Positions 14,944 through 26,699 of a stretch of 64,000 nt of DNA are shown here, one piece after another. A program made the translations under genes and the position numbers. The notes beneath the pieces are model-generated. The model did no database searches. It saw only the letters and a list, made by a program, of their open reading frames with translations, and had not been told where the DNA came from. Within the stretch, counting starts at the first letter, position 1; each line of letters starts with the position of its first letter. This stretch comes from the human T2T-CHM13v2.0 reference genome, Homo sapiens: NCBI RefSeq assembly GCF_009914755.1, contig NC_060935.1; one strand, given 5' to 3'.

Positions 14944-15297
14944 ATTTAGCCCAATGTTCATAAAAGATGATATGTTTAGGTTGTAAAAGGATGGACAATT
15001 TTAAAAAATCTATTTGGAAAGCACAAAAATAGAAGTCCAGGATGTAAACTTGCCACTGTAGCTTCTTGCGGTTTGTGGTGGGTGAAAAGAATGGTAGGAA
15101 ATGCATCCCCTTTTGCCCATACAACTACAGCACAGTGGGAAGGCTACTGTGCAGGACTCTTGCTTTTCAGGGTCTAGGAGCTCAAGGAACAAGATATAGA
15201 CCCAATGTCCAGGGTCCCAGGCAGCCCTAGTTTTAGACATTTCTTTCCTTACCCCAACGTTACAACCAGTAGGTGATCAGGAAATGGGCCCTTACTA

Positions 15298-15750
15298 CAG
15301 AGGTTCACAATGTGTGGCTGTGAATATTTTTAAGGTTCATAAAGTCAAAACTATTTTTATAATAATAATACTATTTAGACATTAATTGCCCTTTGAAATT
15401 TTATTATCCCATGAGTATACAGGAGATTTTCCCAGGGGCTACATGACATGAAATATCACAAAAGATTGAATAGAGAAGCAGATGTGAGAATCCAGATGAC
15501 TTCTACTAAGCCAGACATTAAAGGGATTTGTAAATATGTAATCAAAGCCACTCTTTTCTTTATTTTTATGGTTTTGCAAAGTATACTTATTTTTTATAGA
15601 AATATTACATTACCAATTATGGTTTTATAATTATTTTAAGTTATTAATAAATAGATATTTAATATTTTTCAGCTTTAATTTCTAATACAGCATATCTTGA
15701 CATTAAAAAACCCACATCAACAAAAGCTTGTGGAGACTCTCAATTATTTC
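15298..15750 (+). mobile_element. hAT-Charlie DNA transposon fragment
   Basis: gtcaaaactattttt...agaagcagatgtgagaatccag...aagccagacattaaag. Confidence 0.6.
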
Positions 15751-15906
15751 ATCAGCTTAACTGAGGTATAATTTACATACCATAAAATTTACTTAATGTA
15801 TAGAGTTTAAAGACGTTAATAAATTGCTGTTAAATTCATTTTATGCATGATCACCATATCCACTTTTAGAACACTTTAATTCTTTCAAAAACATCTCTTC
15901 TCCCCC

Positions 15907-16287
15907 TGCTTTTTTTTATACTTAAGTTCTAGGGTGCATGTGCACAACGTGCAGGTTTGTTACATATGTATACATGTGCCATGTTGGTGTGCTGCACCCG
16001 TTAACTCGTCATTTACATTAGGTATATCTCCTAATGCTATCCCTCCCCACTTCCCCCACCCCAGGACAGGCCCTGGTGTGTGATGCTCCCCACCCTGTGA
16101 CCAAATGTTCTCATTGTTCACTTCCCACCTATGAGTGAGAACACGCGGTGTTTGGTTTTCTGTCCTTGCAATAGTTTGCTCAGAATGATGGTTTCCAGCT
16201 TCATCCATGTCCCTACAAAGGACATGAACTCATCCTTTTTTATGGCTGCATAGTATTCCATGGTGCACACATATGTTTATTGTGGCA
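15907..16287 (-). mobile_element. L1PA 3' end with short 5' inversion
   Basis: Poly(T)+L1 3'UTR to 16265, inverted piece 16266-16287; TSD ctcttctcccc at 15895-15905 and 16288-16298. Confidence 0.9.
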
Positions 16288-16369
16288 CTCTTCTCCCCTT
16301 TTATAGTCAATCTCTACTCACATCCCTGTCTTCAAGGAACCGCTGCTCTGTTTCTTGTCTGTAAGATTT

Positions 16370-16687
16370 CTGTTTTTGTTGTTGCTATTTTTGTCGTTGG
16401 TTTGTAAAGAAGAGTCTTTCTTTGTTGCCCATGCTGGCGTGCAGTGGCACTATCACAGCTCACTGTAGCCTCAACCTCCTGGTCTCAAGCAGTTTTCCCT
16501 CCTCATCTTCCTGCATAGTTTGTACTTCAAGCAAACACCACCACACCCAGCTAGTTTTTAATTTCTTGTAGAGACAGGGTCTCACTCTGTTTCCCAAGCT
16601 GGTCTCACACTCTTGGGCTTAAGTGATCCTCTTGCCTTGGCCTCCCAAACTGCTGGGATTACAGGTGTGAGGCACCCCACCTGACCT
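16370..16687 (-). mobile_element. AluJ
   Basis: Diverged Alu dimer in reverse orientation. Confidence 0.85.
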
Positions 16688-16807
16688 GTCTATCAAGTTT
16701 TGACTTTTAATAAATATTACACATGTAATCATTCAATATATAATCCTTTGTGTCATTTAATATGTTTTTGAGATTCATCATGATTTTATGTATCTATGAT
16801 TTGTTCT

Positions 16808-16943
16808 TTTTTTAACTTTTATTTTTTATAATTTCAACTTTTATTTCAGATTCAGGGAGTAAATGTGCAGGTTCTTTACATGGGTATATTGCGTGATGCT
16901 GAGGTTTGGGGTACGAATGATTCCATCACACAGATAGTGATCA
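16808..16943 (-). mobile_element. L1PB/L1PA16-like 3' end
   Basis: ttcaacttttatttcagattcaggg...atgtgcaggtt...gctgaggtttgggg. Confidence 0.75.
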
Positions 16944-17629
16944 ATTTATGTATGTCTGAATCAGTGCCTGGAACTTTAAATAGACTCTTATAAATGTCTG
17001 TGGATTATATTATTTAAAACGAGCAGCCGTTAAAAATTCACTTTTACTGAAAACATTTCATGAAATAGACCCTTTGATAAAATATTTCTAAATTGACCCT
17101 TACATTTTCTTACCTTTCCTTCTACAACCAACTCTACAGCCTTCCATCATGTCTACTCCATTTGATTGTTTAAGTCACCATCCACTTCAACGTTGTTACG
17201 TACAATACCCTATCTCTAACCTCCTTTTAATCACTCTCTTTTCAATAATACTGTTGGTTACTTATTTCTTCTTGATTTCCTTTTATTCTTATAACTTCAT
17301 ATTCTGAAAACACTCATTTTTATTAGATTCTCAGACAAAATTTATATTCATCTGACTTCCAGCCTACCTCAGAGAACACCCTTTAGCAGACTTTTTGGAA
17401 GTCTCCTTCTTTTCTGTTTCATATCCAACTATTAGACTGTTCAAGTGCTCAGTTTTGCTACCTTTCCCTCCTTGATTATGCTCAAAATTAGTGTCATATG
17501 GTGTGATGCTTTAATACCTGATAATGTTACCCAAAGTTATGCTTCACTGATGTATTCATCTATTCAATATTTACTCACTAAATGTGAGTGCAAGGCATTG
17601 TTCCAGACTCTAAACTGTTCAGTAAAAAT

Positions 17630-18224
17630 TATAGGGGCCCTTGTTTTGGACTAAGCTCCTGTGCTGGGCCCCAACAGAGCAGACTAAAAACCAAAATGAA
17701 GTTTCCCATACTGAAGTTCTACATCACCAAACCAAAACTAAGTCTTCGTTGTTGGGTTGATTTCTGACTGTCCTATTAATAGAAATCAGAAGATAGAGAT
17801 TATGACAAGTAAATTCCCAAATAGGGTAGTTTCAGTCGGCATGATATTGAGGTTCTCTCTGTTTTAATGTTTACCCCAAAAAGTAACCTGAACTATTCTG
17901 ATATTAACCAATCAGTTATTTTTCTGTACTCTTTCTCCCTGTCCCTGCCTTACAAGGAACATAACTTTGAGGTGATCAGCCAGTTTTCTGTTCATTGTTT
18001 TTGCTTTCTTCAGCTCTGTATATAAAACCAAGCTCTTCTCAGCTTATAAGAACACTTACTCTATTTTTTTTCTTTCTTTTTTTTTTTATTATACTTTAAG
18101 TTTTTGGGTACATGTTGTGCACACTTATTCTATTTTATGAAATACAGTGTTGCCAACTTCAGGAATCACAGATAAAGCCAATGAGGATCTTTAAATTAAT
18201 GATTGTCACTTTGGTTTTTTAACA
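17630..18224 (+). mobile_element. ERV1 MER4-group solo LTR (MER72/LTR49-like), containing a tiny L1 insertion
   Basis: ttggactaagctcctg...ggccccaacaga...accaaaatg; 3' end gatctttaaa...aaca. Confidence 0.6.
18068..18120 (-). mobile_element. Extremely 5'-truncated L1PA insertion
   Basis: Poly(T)+attatactttaagtttttgggtacatg; TSD acactta(c/t)tctatttt at 18052-18067 and 18121-18136. Confidence 0.8.
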
Positions 18225-18265
18225 GAACCAAACAAATGTAATACATATTATGGAGTAGTAAACTA

Positions 18266-18569
18266 TTTTTTTTTGTTTTGTTTTGTTTTGAGACAGAGTC
18301 TCGCTCTGTCGCCCAGGCTGGAGTGCAGTGGCACAAGCTCCGCTCACTGCAAGCTCTGCCTCCCGGGTTCACGCCATTCTCCTGCCTCAGCCTCCTGAGT
18401 AATTGGGACTACAGCGCCCGCCACCAAGCCCGGCTAATTTTTTGTGTTTTTAGTAGAGACGGGATTTCACCACGTTAGCCAAGATGGTCTCGATCTCCTG
18501 ACCTCGTGATCTGCCCACCTCGGCCTCCCAAAGTGCCAGGATTACAGGCGTGAGCCACCGTGCCCGGCC
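18266..18569 (-). mobile_element. AluY
   Basis: Diagnostic gcaagctc...ttcacgccattc; perfect TSD atggagtagtaaacta at 18250-18265 and 18570-18585. Confidence 0.93.
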
Positions 18570-18879
18570 ATGGAGTAGTAAACTAATATTTGGGCTCCAG
18601 ATTCTTACATGCACTGGGATAGGTAATGGGCATTTCAAAAATTAGAACTCCCAACTTCCCTGACAAAACCTGCTTACCTTTTTCTAAATGTCAAAATAAC
18701 TAGGAATCATCTGGATTTCTCTTGTACTTTTACTTTCCATTTCAGGAAATTATCTTGTTTTTACCTCCAAAATATGTGGCAAATTGTCCAGTTTCCTTAC
18801 TTTTTGTGTATTAAGTACCATTACTGAGCGCATGAAATAATTTGCTGCCAAGAGAACTTTCTTCTGTCTGTATTCATTT

Positions 18880-19178
18880 GTCTCCCGTTCTCCCATGAAA
18901 AAACCCAATAGAGCAAAAGGCAGAGGAAAGAGGAATTCAACCTTTTTATTTTTCCCTGCCTTACTGGTAAGCTAAGATGTGTCATACCATCTCTTGCCAT
19001 TGCACTAGGATTTACATTATTAGCTGCCCTGGATTTCAGGCCTTCAGATTACGACTAAATTACACCATTAGCTTTTTCCAGAGCTTCTTGTTTAGAGATG
19101 ATAGGATTGTAGAGCCAATTTCTCATTATAAAATCACATTCTCTCTCACACATACACATGCTCACACACACACATGCT

Positions 19179-19218
<40 letters not shown>

Positions 19219-19260
19219 GCCCTATTGATGCTGTTTCTCTGGAGATTTTTGACAAATACC
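18880..19260 (+). mobile_element. MLT2 (ERVL) LTR fragment with embedded (CA)n at 19147-19212
   Basis: aatagagcaaaaggcagagg...caggccttcaga...cctattgatgctgtttctctggaga. Confidence 0.65.
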
Positions 19261-20779
19261 TTAAGGAAAATTTACATTGATACATAATAAAAGAAATTTG
19301 ACAAAAATGAATACACATTATGGAATAAAACTGATTAATCCAAATTGGCATTTTATTAATATGTTATTATTTCAAATATTAGCATAATTGTTACAGTTGT
19401 AAGTGGTGTAACCATTAGCTTAAAAATTAGAAGCAATACAAAAACATATAACTGCTATTATTTAATATTGCTCTGTATTTTCTAAAAGAACACATAAATA
19501 AGGGATTTGAAATATTAAAAATATAAATATTACCATTATTTTCTGGTACAGTTTACCTAGAAAATCACTTATAATTTATTAAGAAATCTAGGAACAAAAA
19601 CACTAAAATCAATAGATATAAAATGGATGCCACTTCTTCTATGATGCAAACATTAATGAGAACATGAAAACAGAGGAAAGTATGAGAATGCAGTAGCCTT
19701 CAACTGACTTTAAAAGATAGCAGTAAACCAAAATAATTAAAGCTATGTGGTATTGGTGAATTCACAGGTGGACCAGGAGAACAGTGTAGTGTGCATATCT
19801 ACTCCTGTATCTTTCTAGGTATCCATGTATATTTCTGTATCTCCTGAATGATAAAGGTGAGGTGGACTTGCACCTGAGGCAGCAGGAAGAATCTGGAGCT
19901 TCCACCCAGGAGAAAAAATACAACAGACACCACTTGGAGCAGCAGTGCCCTGCCCAGTCACAAAACATTGATTCTATGGAGAAGTTTATTCAAGTGAAAT
20001 AGATACATTTCCATGTTTAATTTCAAGTTTTTGAAATCAGTAAGAAGTCTCTTTGGGAGCTGAATCAGATATACATGTAAAAATATTGCCCCCTACATCA
20101 CTCTGCCCACACTCAAGCATGGGAATGGCCAAGTCCTTACTTCAGGGAGTGGGGAGAGTGACGGCAGGAGTCTGGCAACATTCTTAAGGCACCTGCCCTA
20201 ACTCCCACCAGCTACTCTTCACTCTACGTTCAGCACAGGAGTCCTGAGGGACACTTCACAAAGAAGGTGGAGATTACAGACTCAGTGTCCCCCTACCACC
20301 TCTTGCTGGCAGAAAATAAGGAAAGAAAAACTTGTTACTTCTGGAATACTCAGTCTAATACCCCATAGCCCAATCATCTCATTGTTTATTCAAAAAACCT
20401 CAATTCCATGAACTCCCTCTCTCTGGCTAGTTGTGTATATGGGTGAGGAGGCAATACTGGCTAATACGAATATTTGTTCTCTATGGTTAGTCCCCACTTC
20501 CTGGGTTTATGGACCTAATATAGAGTAGTGCACTGCATCAAGTTCCTTGTTTATAACCCGTCCCACTTTGTACAGAGGAGGAGGGGGAGAAAGGAGGGAA
20601 GGGAAAAAGCAAGGAATTAAAAAGGAGCAGGAGGAGGGTCCCCTCCCTTTGACATAGATAACATGGATGGACTTTTGGCTTGGAAGGACTGTCCAACCTT
20701 TTAGGGTATTAACCAGGCTCAGGTTGAGCCTGAGTCAGGAGTACCCTGAGGAAGCTGAGCTAGAGCTGCTGCCCTCAGA

Positions 20780-21933
20780 CTAGCCATCTTCATCTTCACT
20801 CCCACTGCTAGAGTCGGAGCAGTTACTACTTTCATCCTCTTTCCATCTTCCTTCTTGTTTTCCTAATCCCTGTGAGGAATTATACTTGACCCAAATGGTT
20901 TCTAATGGATTTGTTCCTGGACCCAGCAGCCTCTGCTCCTCTTCAAATTCTTCTTTCAGATTCCATTCTGATGGGATGGCAGATCTTTCTATCAAACCTG
21001 GTGTTTGGGCCTCCTGTGATGCTCATGTTCTTGTGCTAATTAGAAGTTGACTGTCTATGCAGCATAATTTTTTTGAGACAGACAATTGAGCCAGAGATTC
21101 AGGTCTACCTTGCAGTATTTCAGCAACTCCTCAGCATGACTCTTATGTTCCTTAAGGCTCTTCAGAGTATACTGATGGTATCTGCCAGTCTCTATCATGG
21201 TCTTACTCAGTGGCACCTGTTGCAGCTTCCTACTCAATCACGAATCTTGATGATACTTTTGGAATCCATTCATGAGGGGCTTCTTGGGCTCTCCATGGAA
21301 TTGTATCTTTGTGGAAGAGTCATAGTTTTCTGGTTGAGATCTCAATTGCACATTTTCTGAGGCTTTATTGGGATAAGGGGATGTTTTGGATTGGTGCTTC
21401 TTGGGCACAACAGAGTTCTTGGAGTTCTGAACTAGATTGGGGGGTCTTCACTGAGTTGAGAACAGGTTTTCCTCAAACTCCTGTTTGTCATAGAAATCTT
21501 GAATACATTTCAACTACCACTTCTCTGGGAGCCTCAGAACATTGGTCAGCTCCTAGTTACTTAGAATACATTATAGGGTTGTGGGAAACAAGTACTTAAG
21601 AGCTTCTCGGAGACGTGCTGACGGGTGTTTTTGGTTTTATTTATTTTTTATTTTTTTTTTTTTTTTGCCTCTTAGGAATTGTTAATATGTTTCTTAGTTT
21701 CTAGGATTCATTCTGTCAGAGTGATACTTGTTGAACACATAGGAAATTTCTAGCCACTTGAATATGCATATTACTCCAGTATAATCTTTAAAAGCTATTT
21801 TTTCTCAATCCAGCATTAACTGGGTTATTTTGAAATGCTGGATTTCATTAGATGGAAAGTTAGTATTCATGCCTTCCAGAAACCTTAGGAGTTCCTCTTA
21901 GGACCATTAGTCTTGGTTTTTAGGTAATGCCAT
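20780..21933 (-). pseudogene. UBTFL9: UBTF-like (UBTFL1/HMGPI family, HMG-box) processed pseudogene, probably UBTFL9
   Basis: ATG 21933-21931: MALPKNQD*WS*EELLRFLEGM...D*EKIAFKDYTGVICIFKWLEIS; later FHGEPKKPLMNGF...AEELLKYCKVDLNLWLNCLSQKNYAA and EDESSNCSDSSSG, collinear with recalled UBTFL1. Intronless with multiple stops and frameshifts. Family call is strong; the exact symbol number is less certain. Confidence 0.8.
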
Positions 21934-23913
21934 TTCCAGGTGTTTGAGTCATTGATAATGTCCCAGTTCTGCAGACACCTCAGCAGGAACTCAAATGCCT
22001 TTACTCTCACAACTCGGAGGATACATTTCAGAGGGTATTATTTCTGAAATTCTTGCTATGTGTGTTATTATGTATTTCTGAGGAGAAGGACAATGAAAGT
22101 TCTTCTTTTTCCATGGTTTGAGTAAGAAAAATCACCCCATTTGTGATATGTTGTTTATATAAATAATTTACCGTTCACAATATAAATGAAAAGTTGCCTA
22201 CTTCTGAATTAAAATTTCTTTGTCTTTCATATACTACATGTACAATATTCAAAATCCTCCCCTTCCATCCCAGCCCAGCTTCTGCCAAGTCTTACCAGAG
22301 CCTGTCACAAATATAGCTGAATAAGACAAACACCAGGCCACTCAATCAAGAGGCTTGCCATAAGAAAAAGATGCTGGAAAAGGGTGGTTAAAAAAAAATG
22401 ACTAAAATGGACAGGACTTTCCATCTCTATTGCTCTGAGTGTGGTCACTTTCTAAGTGCAGCCCAGATGTGCATGGCAAGAGGTGCAATTGGAAAGCTGG
22501 AGATGCAATGAGACAAGCCGAGGAGCTCCTCCAGACATGCATCCAGCTGTTGTTTTCCTTATGGGTAGAACATGAACCTTCAATTCTTCAGGACCCTGTG
22601 CATGAGAATGCATGGTTTTTTCCCTTCATATGGCAGGTGTTTCATAAAATTGGAAATGTTCTATTTAAGTCACAGTGCTTTGTATCTTACAGAAAATTCC
22701 TCTAATATATATATGTCATTTATTAGTACTTAAACATATAAAGAACTAAGAGCTACAATATCTTTACTAATCTTGTCTTTTCTAGTCTAATGTCTTTGAA
22801 ACTTATTTCCTCAGATCATTCCCTGAACTATCCTAACTCTTTCAATATAGCATTTTCAGGATAACCTTCTAAGACTATGCTTCACATGAGTCAAATTAAA
22901 TACAAACAAATAAAATATTTAATAAATCTAGATCTTGCCTGAGGAGTGGGCTAATAAGAAGAACATAACATAGGCCTTCAGGAAAAAAAATATGCAGAAG
23001 GGAGAGACAACATAAGACAAAGAGTCAAAAGGAAGGTGAACTTTAGAGAATGAACTTTGGAATATCTAAGAAACATATTTTAGTATTTTTAATTCTCAGT
23101 AGAATATAAAAGTATCCAGCTTTTGAATGGCATTAAAATGTTTACCAGAAGAGGAAATAACTCAATAATTATGGTAACTTCAGATAAATGATGTATCCGA
23201 AAAATAAAATAATCTAAAAAATTAAGAACATAATTTAAGTTCATATTTGAGAGAGAAGAGAAAATAGCAAAGATATTAGACTTAGAAATGGCTTTTGAAA
23301 AATTCTCCTATAATAAATTAAAATATGAATAAAAAACAAAATGGCAAAAAAATAAAAGATTTGAAGTTGATGAGTGCAGAAGATTGAAGAGTCAACTTGA
23401 AAGTTACAGAATTTTTCATTTCAAAACTCAGAAAAAATACTATTTCATCGATTTCCTAAGAATAATTAAAATAATTATTATTTCTGTTATATTAAGTTTG
23501 GTTTTAAGGAAAAAGTAATATTCACATAAGAAAGTAGAAAAATGAAGAAATAAATTCCCTACCTCTTGTTTATGGTCACAACTTACTCTCAAATTCTTCA
23601 GGGTTAAAAAGTTGCCATCAACCTACAACTATTATGTAAGTGATACTTATGAAAAATAAAAATATGTATATGTAAGATGTATTCTAACTCAGAAAAAGGA
23701 GAAATCACACAAAATTGACATTAGAAAAGAGATCTGAAATATTTAGAATCTGAAACTAGTGAGGATGAATTACTGTGTTTCCAATTCTAAAAGGTAGGAT
23801 GATGTGTGTAAATTCATGGAAACGGAAACACAGTTTTTTTTTGTTTGTTTGTTTGTTTGTTTGTTTTTGTTTTTTAATTGTGTGGCTCCTATGGGCCAGG
23901 CATTTTTTCAGAT

Positions 23914-24374
23914 TGTATTGAGTTGAAGAATGGCCCTCCAAAATAGATGTCTAAGTCCTAACCCCTGATACCGGTGAAAATGGACTTCTGAAAATAGGTT
24001 CTTTGCAGATGTAATTAACTTGATAACCTCCAAAAGAGACCATTCTGGATTTAGGGTGAAACCTAAGTCCAGTGACTGTTATCATTATAGAAAAAAACAA
24101 GAGGAAGATTTGAGACAGAGACATCCAGGGTAAGACAGAGGGAGGAAGAGATTGGATTTATACTGCTGCAAGTCAATGAAAGCCAAGGGTTGCCATCAGC
24201 CAACAGAAGCTAGCAGAGAGGAAGAAGGTGGATTTCCCCTCAGAGCCTCCAGAGAGAACCAACTCTGTCAAACTCTTAAATTAAATTTCAGATTTTCAGA
24301 ATTGTGAGATAATAAATTATTGTTTTAAACTCCTCAGTAGTCATTTATTATGGCAACCTTATAAAAATAATACA
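23914..24374 (+). mobile_element. MLT1 (B/C-like) MaLR solo LTR
   Basis: TG start, ctttgcagatgtaattaa, cagagcctccagagagaacc, ...taataca end. Confidence 0.8.
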
Positions 24375-26327
24375 CAAATGTTGGACACTTACCCGATTTT
24401 CTTCCTCCGAACTCTATTGGGTGGGTTTATCATTATTATTCCATTACATAGTTGTCCTAGCTTCCCATCAAAAGTTTATATAACTTCCCAAAGTTATGAT
24501 AATAGTGAAAAGAGTAGGAAAAAATAACAAGAAAATTTTTTAAAGAACATTTAAATAAAATATTTATTTTGTAAATTGAAATACCACTGCAAAATTAAAA
24601 CTCCAATAAAATATTTAAAAAATAAAATTGAGAAATTAGAGGAATAACTAATGAGCTTTTTAAAAATATGATATTAGCAGCAGAAAAAGAGACAAAGTCT
24701 AATTCAGGTGGTTCAACAGATGTTAATGAATGGGCTGCTAACACTATTATCAAAAAGGTGAGGAGAACCAACAAGGGCAAAGCACCCAGCTCCAAAAATG
24801 GGGTACCCTCTAACCACTTCTAAACCCCAGGGATTAAAAAAACTTGTAGATGAATTTGAGGGACTGATGAATGTGTATGTAAATCTTGAGAAGATATTTT
24901 AGTATAGAATTTGAGTATGACTTTTTGATACGGTTACTGAAAGCTGGAAAAATAAAATTTAACTCCAAGAAAAAACAAAACAATGGTAAGGAAAAGAAGA
25001 TCTAATCATACCATGTCTCAATGCTCAGCTATTTCATTTTACATACAGATTTAATTTTACATACAGACAATAATTTGCACAATGTTCATACAATTTAAAA
25101 ATTTGTAAGTTACACTGGGAAGATGAGAAAAAAGTGTATTCCACGTATGGGTGAAATCAAGTAGTTAAGAAACTTAATTCTTCACTTCTCATAAAGTCAA
25201 TGAACATTTTTCTAGATTAAGAAATATTATAATAACCATATTATTTAACATCCTATACAGTAAGATTGAGACTGTTTTGGCACATGTATGAAGATTAAGA
25301 AAATCATCCCTTTCTTATCAGAAGTTCACAGATACAAACAAAATATCAACAGAAAAATGCCATTCTGGAGAAACGTGCACATGCTATATGAGCTGACACT
25401 AGGAAGCAGTTCTTACACTTTGTCCATTTTTTTATCTGCACGTGTGCATAGAAAAGTTCTTGCCACCTATGGACAGATCAACCTGAGAAAAATGATTATG
25501 CACACACAGACACTAAAATTAGTCTCCAAAATCAGTGACCTAAAATTAGTCACCTACAATGCTTTATTTTATTATATTAGAAAACCCCATCCTATCAATC
25601 CCTAATACAAAATAATTGATTAGTGTTTCATCAATCTTTGGTAGGCTGCAAACTTTAGTATTAAAAATTTACCTCTCTCTCCTTTTTAGCATCAATGCTC
25701 TTGCATTTAGGCAACCTTAATATAAACGGTATCCAACACTGGGAACAGAAGAGCAATATATTCCACAATCATGTCAGATTTACTCTTCAAAGGTCATCCA
25801 CATTTGGAAATAACGTAAACTCCAAGTTAAAATGACAACTGCTGCCATCTAATAAATTACAGTTTTAAAGTAAATAACTAGACATAATAAAAATTCTTAC
25901 TTGTGGTGCAGAGTGCAGAAAACCCTCTCATTCCTGGTATTCAGTGTGGTCACCAATGTCACCTTTCCACAACCATGACAAGTTTCTGAATTGCTATTGA
26001 GCACTTTAATGACCAAGGCTACAACTTAAAGTTCCAAACATCATAGCACTTTTCACATTCTACAACACAGATTTCCAATTAAGTTTTAAACATCATGCCA
26101 TAGATAAAACTGCATGATATCTAGAACTTTCCTTCCAGAAATCCACAATTTTCATACACAAGGAAGGAAAAAAAGGAAATAAAAATCATGTAAGTTTATA
26201 TATTTCAAAGCAATGATAGATATTATACCTGAAAAGGAAACCGAAATTAATTACATAACTTTTATCAACTTGGCACATCAAGGTGACCTGCTTGGAAAGC
26301 TCATAAGCCTAGAAATATTTAAATTAA

Positions 26328-26657
<330 letters not shown>

Positions 26658-26699
26658 CTTGCATATTTTTTATTTCTAAGGGAAAAAAGTATGCATTCT

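Noticed and set aside
20714-20732. 8-bp hairpin caggctca-ggt-tgagcctg
   Set aside because: Short enough to arise by chance; no supporting context
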